A stretch of DNA of 53,234 nucleotides, from NCBI GenBank assembly GCA_016187175.1, contig JACPKG010000016.1:1-53234 (forward strand). The letters are read 5' to 3'. The notes beneath the pieces were generated by a model. It worked only from the letters and a program-made list of their open reading frames with translations, had not been told where the DNA came from and did not search any database. The DNA is from Candidatus Saccharimonadota bacterium (GTDB lineage Bacteria; Patescibacteriota; Saccharimonadia; Saccharimonadales; UBA10212). Positions 17,299 to 25,854 of the stretch are shown in pieces. Within the stretch, counting starts at the first letter, position 1, and every line of letters begins with the position of its first letter. The position numbers and the translations under genes are program-made.

Positions 17299-17936
17299 GG
17301 GTTTTGGTTTTTGGTGCTAGTACGACTCAAGGCTATTGGGACACAGAAGGCGGTTGGGTAACTCGCCTGCGTCGCTATTATGATGAGAAACAGGTTAAAT
17401 TACAGGCTGCCGGAAATGTTAATGAAGGCCAACCGGCAATTTTTAATTTAGGTATTTCCGCGGATATGTCATCCGATGTGCTTAAGCGCTTTGAGCCCGA
17501 AACAGTTGCTCGCCAGCGTGGCGAACTAGCTTTTATTTTTTGTGTCGGCGGTAATGATAGCGCAATAGAAAATTCCAAACCTCGGGCGACAACTGAGGAC
17601 TATAAGTCGAATATAGAGACCTTAATAAAAAAAGCCCGCCAATTTTCAGACAAAATAATGGTTATTGGTCTAAATCCAGTTGATGAGACGCGCACTACAC
17701 CTGTTTTTTGGGCCGATGTCCATTACACGAATGAGGGGATGAAAAGCAATAATAATACTCTTATGGAAGTTTGTAAGAAAGAAAATATCCCATATGTTTC
17801 CATTTTTGAAGATATGGAAAAACGCTTTAAAGCTGGCGAAGAAATGTTTGTTGATGGTTTACATCCAAACAACGAAGGTCACGAGCTGATATTCCAATTG
17901 GTACAGCCTGCCCTAGATCAGCTTCTAAATACTTAA
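17295..17936 (+). CDS. SGNH/GDSL-family hydrolase
   Basis: Block I VFGASTTQG, block III GGND, block V DGLHPN. GTG start overlaps the upstream stop. Confidence 0.8.
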   Translation: MRVLVFGASTTQGYWDTEGGWVTRLRRYYDEKQVKLQAAGNVNEGQPAIFNLGISADMSSDVLKRFEPETVARQRGELAFIFCVGGNDSAIENSKPRATTEDYKSNIETLIKKARQFSDKIMVIGLNPVDETRTTPVFWADVHYTNEGMKSNNNTLMEVCKKENIPYVSIFEDMEKRFKAGEEMFVDGLHPNNEGHELIFQLVQPALDQLLNT

Positions 17937-17949
17937 CCTGTTAAGTATT
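17928..17949. repeat. AT-rich palindrome AATACTTAA-cctg-TTAAGTATT
   Basis: 9-bp stem overlapping the stop of the SGNH gene. Related copies at 6761-6778 and 19870-19893 share TAAATACTTAAC. Confidence 0.55.
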
Positions 17950-18050
17950 CTCGGCTGAGAAAGATTTATGAAAACAAGGCGTACAATGTAACATCAGCTT
18001 GTTAGCGTTGCTTACAAAAGCATATAATCTTAATGGAAAAGGTGGTATTA

Positions 18051-19871
18051 ATGTCGAATAAAAACTCTTTGGTTGACGAGAATAAAACACCCGAGCCAGC
18101 CAGACAGCTGCCGGAAATAGAGGCAGACTTACCTCTGCCATCGCCGCCGGCCGGACCGCCGCCCCCAAAACCGGCTGCCAAAAAACCGCCACCGGCTGGT
18201 TCTCGATGGCAACGTTTGCGCGACTGGTATAGTGCGCATAAAAAACTATCTATTCCGCTGAGCGTTCTAATCTTGCTGCTGATTATTTTGGCTATTCCGG
18301 CCAGCCGCTACGGTGTTGCCGGGCTGGCCCTTAAAAAGAACTTTGTAATTGCAGTAAAAGACGCTACGACTAACGCGCCAGTCAGTGGCGCTTTGGTTAG
18401 CGCCGGCAGTATTAGTGACCAAACCGACGGCAGCGGCAAGGCTACATTGAAGCTTAAACCCGGCAACCGTACAGTTACGGTCTCGAAAAAGTACTATCGG
18501 GAAGAAACCACAAAAGTGATGGTGCCGTTATTGCAATCTAAGAGCACACCGGAAATCAAACTCCAAGCCACTGGCAGGCAAGTCCAAATCAGTGTTAAAA
18601 ATTCCATAACCAAAAAGGCGCTACCCGAAGTAAATATCAAAGTTGCAGACATTGACGCCAAGACCGACAAGGACGGCAGTGCCTTAATAGTTCTGCCGGC
18701 CGGGTCTGCTTCGCAAAAGGCGGCACTATCCTTAAGCGGCTATAACGACACCGATGTAACAGTTAAAGTTAGCGATGCCAAGGTCGAGGAAAACGAATTT
18801 ACACTTGCACCAACGGGTAAAATCTACTTTTTATCCAAGCTCAGCGGCAAGATTGATGTAGTTAAGTCAAACCTGGACGGCACTGGACGTGAAACTGTTC
18901 TAGCTGGTACCGGCCGCGAAGACAGCCAAAACACCGTATTACTGGCCAACCGTGACTGGAAGTACCTGGCGTTGCTATCACGCCGCGACAGCGACCTAGC
19001 GAAGTTGTATCTCATAGAAACAGGCAACGATAAAATTACTGCCATTGACGAAGGCAACGCCACATTTAATCCCCTTGGCTGGAGCGGCGCGTACTTTGTT
19101 TATCAAGTTGACCGGAAGGGTTATCAGCCATGGCAGCCTAAACAACACGTCTTAAAAAGTTATGATGTTGCCGCCAAAAAGACCAATTTATTAGATGAGA
19201 CAGGTGCGTCAGGCAGTTCGAGCAACGATGCAAAATACGAGTTCTATAGCAGCACTTACATTGTTGGGCAGCGGCTGGTATTTAGCAAAGCCTGGTACAT
19301 GGGTCCGGGCACTGAGGCTTCAGACGACAATCAACTTGGTATTTATAGCGTAAGCGCTACTGGCAATGGCGGCAAGGCCACTCATAAAACCTTCAGCTAC
19401 CAGGCCGATAAGTCAACTTATGAACAATCTTTTCTTAATAAGCCCGATCAAGTTTATTTTCAGGTTACAGAAAAAGACGGGGAAGCTAAATATTTTGTTT
19501 ACGCTAACAATCAGGTTAGTGAAAATCCTTCGGTCAAGGATGATTTCAATAACAATTTAAATAGCGGACAGTATATTACTTATTTGCTGTCACCGTCTGG
19601 TGGCTCGACATTTTGGAGTGAATCACGCGACGGCAAAAACAGCTTATTTATTGGTGATGGCGTTGGTGGTAACGCCAAGCAGATAGCAAAACTTTCTGAA
19701 TATGAAACATACGGTTGGTATACAGAAGACTATCTACTGGTTTCCAAAAATAGCAGCGAGCTTTACATTTTTGGAACTGAAGGCCTAAAAAAAGACGACG
19801 CAGCATTAAAAATCACAGATTATCATAAGCCTGATTTTTCTTACTATGGCGGTGGCTACGGAGGACTGTAA
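18051..19871 (+). CDS. large membrane-anchored surface protein (Pro-rich N-terminus, Ig/carboxypeptidase-regulatory-like repeats, beta-propeller-like C-terminal half)
   Basis: Start at ATG 18051, preceded by AAAGGTGG. PPAGPPPPKPAAKKPPPAG, one TM helix, then beta-rich repeats. No enzymatic motif. Confidence 0.7.
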   Translation: MSNKNSLVDENKTPEPARQLPEIEADLPLPSPPAGPPPPKPAAKKPPPAGSRWQRLRDWYSAHKKLSIPLSVLILLLIILAIPASRYGVAGLALKKNFVIAVKDATTNAPVSGALVSAGSISDQTDGSGKATLKLKPGNRTVTVSKKYYREETTKVMVPLLQSKSTPEIKLQATGRQVQISVKNSITKKALPEVNIKVADIDAKTDKDGSALIVLPAGSASQKAALSLSGYNDTDVTVKVSDAKVEENEFTLAPTGKIYFLSKLSGKIDVVKSNLDGTGRETVLAGTGREDSQNTVLLANRDWKYLALLSRRDSDLAKLYLIETGNDKITAIDEGNATFNPLGWSGAYFVYQVDRKGYQPWQPKQHVLKSYDVAAKKTNLLDETGASGSSSNDAKYEFYSSTYIVGQRLVFSKAWYMGPGTEASDDNQLGIYSVSATGNGGKATHKTFSYQADKSTYEQSFLNKPDQVYFQVTEKDGEAKYFVYANNQVSENPSVKDDFNNNLNSGQYITYLLSPSGGSTFWSESRDGKNSLFIGDGVGGNAKQIAKLSEYETYGWYTEDYLLVSKNSSELYIFGTEGLKKDDAALKITDYHKPDFSYYGGGYGGL

Positions 19872-19893
19872 ATACTTAACTAGTCAAGTATTT
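19870..19893. repeat. AT-rich palindrome AAATACTT-aactagtc-AAGTATTT
   Basis: Starts within the stop codon of the 18051 gene. Same family as 17928-17949. Confidence 0.5.
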
Positions 19894-19936
19894 ACAAATT
19901 AATTGAAGCTAACCACAATGGTTCATCGTGAGTTAC

Positions 19937-20527
19937 ATGGCTAATAATTTTGACGCAAAAATCATTGAATGGCTGAGATCCGGCGGTCTAGGCTTTATGC
20001 CGTCTGATACAATTTATGGATTGTCGTGTCGGGCGCTGGACGAAAAGGCTGTCGAACGTCTACATATGTTAAAAAAACGGGACTTGGATAAACCTTTTAT
20101 AGTTCTGATTTCCGACATATCACAACTTAACGGTCTAAATGTTGATCCGGCCCAGGCCGGACCGATAAAAGACTATTGGCCTGGGAAGATAAGCCTGGAA
20201 TTTAGTGCGCCAAAAGCACCAAATTGGCTACACAGAGGAACAAATAAATTTGCGATTCGCTTGCCAGATAATCCAGACCTGCGGGTCTTGATACAGCAAG
20301 CCGGACCAATTATAAGTACTAGCGCAAATATTCAGGGCGCCAGGCCGGCTTCTTCTGTTGCCGAAGCCTGGCGGTATTTTGGAGAAGAATTGGATTTTTA
20401 TGTTGACGCAGGTGAAATCAAGACCGAGCCTTCAACAATCGTTAAGATTAGAGACGGTAAACTAGTAGTGGCACGCGAAGGAGCTGTTAAACTCAAGCGC
20501 TTAAGCTTCATGTTAAAATGCGAATAG
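19937..20527 (+). CDS. tsaC: L-threonylcarbamoyladenylate synthase (YrdC/Sua5 family)
   Basis: GFMPSDTIYGLSC, KKRDLDKPFIVLI and IISTSANIQG motifs. About 196 aa from MANNF. Confidence 0.8.
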   Translation: MANNFDAKIIEWLRSGGLGFMPSDTIYGLSCRALDEKAVERLHMLKKRDLDKPFIVLISDISQLNGLNVDPAQAGPIKDYWPGKISLEFSAPKAPNWLHRGTNKFAIRLPDNPDLRVLIQQAGPIISTSANIQGARPASSVAEAWRYFGEELDFYVDAGEIKTEPSTIVKIRDGKLVVAREGAVKLKRLSFMLKCE

Positions 20528-20812
20528 ATGGGACCAAGAGTTGCACAAGATATCACTCCGCCGTCTGTTACCAGGCAGCCGGACAGTTTGCTTAAGACGC
20601 CCTTGATGCCAGAAATAGTAGCAGATATACCTGTTAAAATGCCCGCCCGGCCAACCACCTCATTTATTCCAATTAGCAAACCGGATGAAAAAGTTATCCC
20701 TGCCAAGACCAAGGCACCAAAAGCACATCATGTTCCTTGGTTAGCCATAAGCTTGGCCTGTCTATTTACCTTTACCATGAGCCTGGCTGCCTACTTTGCC
20801 TTTAAGTCTTGA
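20528..20812 (+). CDS. small hypothetical protein with a C-terminal TM helix
   Basis: ATG immediately follows the tsaC stop. 94 aa, Pro-rich, with a C-terminal hydrophobic helix. Its 3' end overlaps convergent murC by 11 nt. Confidence 0.45.
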   Translation: MGPRVAQDITPPSVTRQPDSLLKTPLMPEIVADIPVKMPARPTTSFIPISKPDEKVIPAKTKAPKAHHVPWLAISLACLFTFTMSLAAYFAFKS

Positions 20813-22151
20813 ATTCTTGGCGGAGCCACTCATCCAGACTACCTACTCCACCGGCCGTCAAACATAAAACTATATGGCCTGATGCGGCGTGCTTGGCAAT
20901 TACTGATTTTAATTTTTCATCCAGTTTGGCAGCTTCGGTATGTTCTTGAGCTTTTTGACTTAGTAAGTTTTTTAAATCCTGGGGTGACAGGGTTGGTAAT
21001 CTTGGGTCTTCGCGCGCCAGATAGCTGGGTACTATATAAAGCTTTTTAACATTGTCAAAAAGCTTTCCCAGTTCGTCTTTTATAAAGTGCTGGCGTAGAT
21101 TATGCAGCCCTTCGTATATGACTACAATGTCTTGCCCGGTTTGCCCTGAGCCTGCCCGCGGTGAGCTTGTCGAATCCGTCGCATGGGTCGAACGAGCGAC
21201 TTCTTGGGCCATTTGCAATGCACCCCGTATTTTTTCTGGCGTATGCGCGTAGTCGCTATAGATGTTTGGTGTAATTTCTTCAAAGCGCCGCGCCAGACCA
21301 GGGAAACTGTTGAGTATATCTATCAATTCGTCTAGCGGCCGATCAACTATCTCGTAAAGACCTTTTGCTGCCAGCCAAGCATTCAGACGGTTCACCTGAC
21401 CGGGCAGCTTGATTTTGTTAATAGCCTCGTCATTGTCATGCAGCAGCAGCACGTTTTTAGCTGGAGACAATTTGAGTTCCTTGGCGTCAGCGTGCCATAT
21501 AACGGACCACTGGCTCTGTTTAATAAATTCCCGAAATGCTTGGTAGTATTCCTCGCGGCTGGGATAAATGTCCGGGTGGTCCCAGTCTAGACCGCTAATG
21601 AGGCTTATGAAAGGGTGAAAAGCTAGGAAATTACGGTCATATTCATCGGCTTCGTAGACAAAAAATTCGCTGCCGTTAGCATACTGACCAGATTCACCAA
21701 AACTGAACTTGGCGCCGACTGAATAGCTGATAGGAATGCCGAGCTGCTTAAATAACCAGACGGTCATGGCCGTGGTAGTAGTTTTGCCGTGTGTACCAGC
21801 GATGGCTATTAACCTAAGCTGTTTTTGCGACAAAATCTCGTTTAAAAATTCGTCTCGCTTACTGGTTTTAATGCCGTGCTCTTTACAAAAGGCCAGTTCG
21901 GGATGGTTGGGGTCGGTCTTGGGCAAAGCCGAGCTGTAGACGAACCAATCAATTGGTTTTTTAGCGTGTACAGCTGCGATCTGCTCTTTGCTCTGCCCTA
22001 CATGAATATCTGAGACTCCTTGACCTGCTAAGTACTTTAAGTGTGAGCTATCATGGACGTCTGAGCCGCTGACATTATAGCCGGCCTGCTTGGCAATCAG
22101 AGCTAGCGGCCCAATCCCGGCGCCGCCAATCCCCGAAAAGTAGATATGCAT
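20802..22151 (-). CDS. murC: UDP-N-acetylmuramate--L-alanine ligase (Mur ligase family)
   Basis: MHIYFSGIGGAGIGPLALIAKQAGYNVSGSD Rossmann N-terminus and GTHGKTTTTAM P-loop. Contains a Ser/Thr/Gly-rich insertion (HATDSTSSPRAGSGQTGQ). Confidence 0.85.
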   Translation of the reverse strand: MHIYFSGIGGAGIGPLALIAKQAGYNVSGSDVHDSSHLKYLAGQGVSDIHVGQSKEQIAAVHAKKPIDWFVYSSALPKTDPNHPELAFCKEHGIKTSKRDEFLNEILSQKQLRLIAIAGTHGKTTTTAMTVWLFKQLGIPISYSVGAKFSFGESGQYANGSEFFVYEADEYDRNFLAFHPFISLISGLDWDHPDIYPSREEYYQAFREFIKQSQWSVIWHADAKELKLSPAKNVLLLHDNDEAINKIKLPGQVNRLNAWLAAKGLYEIVDRPLDELIDILNSFPGLARRFEEITPNIYSDYAHTPEKIRGALQMAQEVARSTHATDSTSSPRAGSGQTGQDIVVIYEGLHNLRQHFIKDELGKLFDNVKKLYIVPSYLAREDPRLPTLSPQDLKNLLSQKAQEHTEAAKLDEKLKSVIAKHAASGHIVLCLTAGGVGSLDEWLRQEFKT

Positions 22152-22310
22152 ACTTAAATAGCGTATCCAGCCTTCGTAGCATTAGCAATAGGTTTAATAC
22201 AGACTCTGATGCTAGGTGTAATTGAGGTTATACACGTATAACAGACTACTTCGGCGGAGTAGGCCAGCGGGAAGCGTTTAGCGTACAGAGTCAAGTATTT
22301 TTCTTGGATT

Positions 22311-22955
22311 TTGACGACGTCCATCACTCGTGACAAGATATTAATAGATGTGAAAGAAATATTAGATAAACTTCGTCGAGTTCCCTACTCTGCTTTTTTG
22401 GCGCTTTTTATTATCGGCGTCATTGTAACACTGTACGCGCTGAGGCATAACAACCAGACAATGGTAAAGCTAAGAGCTGAAGTTTATGCGACCGACCAAG
22501 CCGGTGGTGACGTCAATGGCGCGTTGAACAAGCTACGAGAATATGTCCACGGCCACATGAATACCAGTCTATCTAGCGGTAGTAACACCATTCAACCTCC
22601 AATCCAGCTCAAATACACTTATGAACGGCTGCTGGCAGCCGAACAAGCTAAGGCCCAAAGCGCTAGCTCCCAAATATATACTGATGCCCAAAACTACTGC
22701 CAACAAAAGTTTCCGGCCGGCTTTTCCGGCAGTGGCCGCATTCCTTGCGTGCAAGAGTATGTGACTAGCCGTGGTGTAAAAACAACACCTCTTCCAACAG
22801 CACTTTACCAGTTTAATTTTATTAGTCCGACCTGGTCGCCCGACTTGGCTGGCTGGAGCTTGGTCTTTAGCATTTTAATGTTTCTGGCTTTAGTTTGGGG
22901 CTTTTCAATGAAACAACTGACAAAACCTAAAAAGCCAAAAATAGTTTTGGACTAA
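22311..22955 (+). CDS. hypothetical membrane protein (two TM helices)
   Basis: 214 aa ORF with a TTG start in the track. TM helices near the N- and C-termini. No family recognised. Confidence 0.5.
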   Translation: MTTSITRDKILIDVKEILDKLRRVPYSAFLALFIIGVIVTLYALRHNNQTMVKLRAEVYATDQAGGDVNGALNKLREYVHGHMNTSLSSGSNTIQPPIQLKYTYERLLAAEQAKAQSASSQIYTDAQNYCQQKFPAGFSGSGRIPCVQEYVTSRGVKTTPLPTALYQFNFISPTWSPDLAGWSLVFSILMFLALVWGFSMKQLTKPKKPKIVLD

Positions 22956-22977
22956 CCAAACGTTTCGGGCTTTGGTT

Positions 22978-23598
22978 TTATTGGCTGGTTGATGGCGTGG
23001 GAGTGGTGCTAGGGCCACTTTGCGGAGTAGTGGTAGTTGGCTGGTTAGTGCCGTCGGTCGGTATAATAGTGCTGGCATCCGGGTTCTTATAGTATTCGTT
23101 GATTTTGGTAACTACTTGGCTACTATCTTTTAGGTTTTCCCAGAAAGTAACGGTGTCGCGGTTGATGATCATTGTATCCTTCGGGGCATGAAGCTCAGTG
23201 GTGCCTAGTTTGCGCAAGGTATAATTGGTATTCTGTTGGGTTGTATTGGGTGAGTTGGCGCTGTTGTTCTCGATGTAAAAAATGTTTGTCAGTACCAGAA
23301 ACTTAGAATTTAAATCATTGACTTTACCAAAGTATACCTGCCCATTGTTTAGAAAAACGGCTTGATACTCTTTTTTGTTAATGTATTTTGCCTCCGAAGT
23401 GGGATCCGCCAGTCCGGCATAAAGCGCCACAGCCACTAGAAGTAGGGCGACTCCTACTATTACCGTAAATAGTTCTATACGCATGAACTTAACACCTAGA
23501 CTTAGACGGTGCTTAGGCCTTTGTTGGTGCGCCGGCCCAGAACCGCTAGTTGCGGGTTGATTTGACAGGCTGTTTCTGCCACTTGGTGTAAACTCCAT
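22978..23598 (-). CDS. hypothetical membrane-anchored protein with a Thr/Pro-rich C-terminus
   Basis: 206 aa with one TM helix (ELFTVIVGVALLLVAVALYAG) and the tail TNQPTTTTPQSGPSTTPTPSTSQ. Confidence 0.55.
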   Translation of the reverse strand: MEFTPSGRNSLSNQPATSGSGPAHQQRPKHRLSLGVKFMRIELFTVIVGVALLLVAVALYAGLADPTSEAKYINKKEYQAVFLNNGQVYFGKVNDLNSKFLVLTNIFYIENNSANSPNTTQQNTNYTLRKLGTTELHAPKDTMIINRDTVTFWENLKDSSQVVTKINEYYKNPDASTIIPTDGTNQPTTTTPQSGPSTTPTPSTSQ

Positions 23599-23688
23599 TA
23601 GATTATCTCCACTTGTCCGTTAACCTTTACTCCACCTAATATAACGCATAAGCGCTTTAGCGTTCAACTATGACTAGTTCCTCTGGGC

Positions 23689-23718
23689 TTGACAAGAGAA
23701 AACCCCTCGGAGTATGTT
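23689..23718 (+). promoter_or_regulatory. sigma70-like promoter (TTGACA, 18 nt spacer, TATGTT)
   Basis: TTGACA at 23689-23694 and TATGTT at 23713-23718, upstream of the 65-aa gene, which has an AAGGAGAGGG SD. Confidence 0.45.
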
Positions 23719-23757
23719 AGGGGTACATTAGTAACCTAAGGAGAGGGAAATTCACAA

Positions 23758-23955
23758 ATGGCTTATAAGCATACAAACAGTAAAGGTGTTACATACTACT
23801 TGAACTCTAAGCAAGTCACACTTCGAGGTGGTAAAACTCAAACTATCTATTATTTTTCCAAGGACGAGCGCAGAGATACTGGAACGGATCTGCCATCTGA
23901 CCGCGCAGTCAACGAAAACCCCCGCAATGGTTTTCTTACGCTAAAGCGTAAATAA
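23758..23955 (+). CDS. small basic protein (65 aa)
   Basis: Strong SD, own promoter and own terminator. MAYKHTNSKGVTYYLNSKQVTLRGGKTQTIYYFSKDE. No family named with confidence. Confidence 0.6.
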   Translation: MAYKHTNSKGVTYYLNSKQVTLRGGKTQTIYYFSKDERRDTGTDLPSDRAVNENPRNGFLTLKRK

Positions 23956-23976
23956 TCCGGACAAAGTACACGTTAA

Positions 23977-24005
23977 GAACATCCGCCAGAGGCGGATGTT
24001 CTTTT
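23977..24005 (+). terminator. rho-independent terminator
   Basis: GAACATCCGCC-aga-GGCGGATGTTC followed by TTTT. Confidence 0.8.
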
Positions 24006-24042
24006 ATAGGTTTCTCTCCTCTTAAAACGGGAGTCCCTGGTT

Positions 24043-24172
24043 TATAATTTAGCCAGGATGAATCCCGTTAGACCTCAGCCTGCAATTTCCAAACCCAATT
24101 GGCGTGGGAGTTGTTTTAAACTTCAATCGTTTACTTTTGATCGTCAGCCAAGGTTGAGGTTCTAACGGGATG
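24043..24172 (+). promoter_or_regulatory. leader module copy B upstream of murJ
   Basis: TATAAT at 24043-24048. 24062-24080 (ATCCCGTTAGACCTCAGCC) pairs with 24152-24171 (GGTTGAGGTTCTAACGGGAT, one G-U and one bulge). The uORF stop at 24163-24165 lies 4 nt before ATG 24170. Confidence 0.6.
24058..24165 (+). CDS. leader peptide MNPVRPQPAISKPNWRGSCFKLQSFTFDRQPRLRF
   Basis: 35 codons, parallel to 12595-12702. Confidence 0.5.
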   Translation: MNPVRPQPAISKPNWRGSCFKLQSFTFDRQPRLRF

Positions 24173-25753
24173 AATCGATGGCTTAACCGCGCCAACCAAC
24201 GAATATCTCTTACCGGTGCCGCGGTACTGCTGGTGGTGGCTGCTTTGGTCGGCCAGATGCTGGGTTTTTTACGCACCCAGATCATTAATGGTAACTTTAA
24301 CAGCCCCGGCCATATCACAACTGATGCCTACTTTGCCGCTTTTAAAATTCCTGACTTCTTTTTTTATACCATTGCTGCTGGTGCGTTGGGCGTGGCCTTT
24401 ATGCCGTTTTTGGCTGATAAGCTGGCCGCCGGTGATAAAAAATCCGTTTGGCATTTAACCTCGGGCTTACTTAATCTGCTAGGCCTTTTGATGGTGGGTG
24501 TTGCCATTATCTTGCTTATTTTTACTGAACCCCTGCTAAAAATAGTGGTCGGTAATAACCTGAGTCCAGACCAGATGCACGATGCGGTGACAATCATGCG
24601 AATTGTGGCTCTAAACCCCTTGATCTTCACTATTTCCGGAATTCTTACCAGTTTGCAGCAAACTTTTGGCCGTTTCTTTTTCTTCGCCCTAGCGCCAATT
24701 CTTTATAACGGCTGCATTATTGCCAGCGTCTACATTTTTAAGGACAGTCTAGGTCTGGTTGGCTTGGGTATAGGCGCGCTGGCTGGCGCAGTGCTGCAAC
24801 TGCTGTTTGTCCTGTTGGGACTGGTTGGACTAAACTTCCGCTATATCCCTACTTTTCACTGGCGCAGTCCAGACTTTAGACGTATCTTAAAGCAGCTGCC
24901 GCCGCGTTCAATTGACCAGGGCATTGACTCTATCAACTCGATTGTTGAAACTAACCGCGCCAGCACTCTGGGCCGGGGATTTATTACCTTTTACGAAAAC
25001 GCTTATACTTTGCACCTCGTGCCGATTATGTTAATAGGAACTACTATAGCCACGGCTGCCTTTCCGCGCCTAAACGAACGTTTGGCCCAAGGCCGCCCCG
25101 ACTTATTTAGGCGTGACTTTTTGATGGTGCTACGGGCGATGATCTGGATAATTGCGCCGATAGCTGTAATTTCTTTCTTTGGTCGGGCCTACTTTGCCCG
25201 TTTGATATACAAGAATATAGCGCCGGAAATCGCTATTATCCTTGGCTTTTTGGTAGGGGCAATTGTTTTTAGAACACTTTACGCTATTATTTCCCGCTAT
25301 TTTTATGCCCAAAAAGACACTAAGACGCCGCTGTTTGTCTCCTTGTTCGTGATAGCCCTTAATATATTTCTGGCCTTTCAGCTGGTTAAAATCTACGGCG
25401 TGACCGGCCTGGCGCTGGCGCAGTCAATCGTTGCGGCTGTCGAAGTCTTTATTTTGCTTTTGATTATGGTTTGGCGTGATAAGTTGGTCATCACTGTTGA
25501 TTTTTGGAGCGGTCTTATGCGTACGCTTTCGGTCACCGGTTTTACCATTATTACTACTTACACGCTGGTATCGTTAATTCCGCTGGAGGCTACTGACCGT
25601 GGTTTTATAACATTAAGTTCCAAACTCCTGGCTATTATTTTGCCAACATTTATCGTTCACCTGTCCGTTTCATCGCTGTTTGGTTTAGAGGAAGTCCAGC
25701 CAGTTACCAAAAAGTTGAAACAACTTGCCCTCAAACCCATCAAAATCCAGTAG
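24170..25753 (+). CDS. murJ: lipid II flippase MurJ/MviN
   Basis: 527 aa, about 14 TM helices, MOP-superfamily pattern (LGFLRTQIINGNF...DAYFAAFKIPDFFF). Confidence 0.85.
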   Translation: MNRWLNRANQRISLTGAAVLLVVAALVGQMLGFLRTQIINGNFNSPGHITTDAYFAAFKIPDFFFYTIAAGALGVAFMPFLADKLAAGDKKSVWHLTSGLLNLLGLLMVGVAIILLIFTEPLLKIVVGNNLSPDQMHDAVTIMRIVALNPLIFTISGILTSLQQTFGRFFFFALAPILYNGCIIASVYIFKDSLGLVGLGIGALAGAVLQLLFVLLGLVGLNFRYIPTFHWRSPDFRRILKQLPPRSIDQGIDSINSIVETNRASTLGRGFITFYENAYTLHLVPIMLIGTTIATAAFPRLNERLAQGRPDLFRRDFLMVLRAMIWIIAPIAVISFFGRAYFARLIYKNIAPEIAIILGFLVGAIVFRTLYAIISRYFYAQKDTKTPLFVSLFVIALNIFLAFQLVKIYGVTGLALAQSIVAAVEVFILLLIMVWRDKLVITVDFWSGLMRTLSVTGFTIITTYTLVSLIPLEATDRGFITLSSKLLAIILPTFIVHLSVSSLFGLEEVQPVTKKLKQLALKPIKIQ

Positions 25754-25839
25754 GTGTCCAGTATGGGGTATAAGGTATCAGGTATAATTTTTATACATCA
25801 TACTTAATACCAAATACGTTGTACCTGTTGCGCCTCTGT

Positions 25840-25845
25840 TATAAT
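25840..25845 (+). promoter_or_regulatory. extended -10 box (TGTTATAAT) of lepA
   Basis: The TATAAT ends 9 nt before ATG 25855, so the lepA mRNA would be leaderless or nearly so. Confidence 0.45.
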
Positions 25846-25854
25846 CTGGAGGAT

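Noticed and set aside
17941-18192. Minus-strand 83-aa ORF upstream of and overlapping the surface-protein gene.
   Set aside because: It is antisense to the Pro-rich N-terminus and SD of the 18051 gene. Its Ala/Pro-rich translation is a mirror artefact.
24049-24318. Minus-strand 89-aa ORF overlapping the murJ leader and start.
   Set aside because: It overlaps the conserved leader element and the murJ N-terminus, with no SD or motif.
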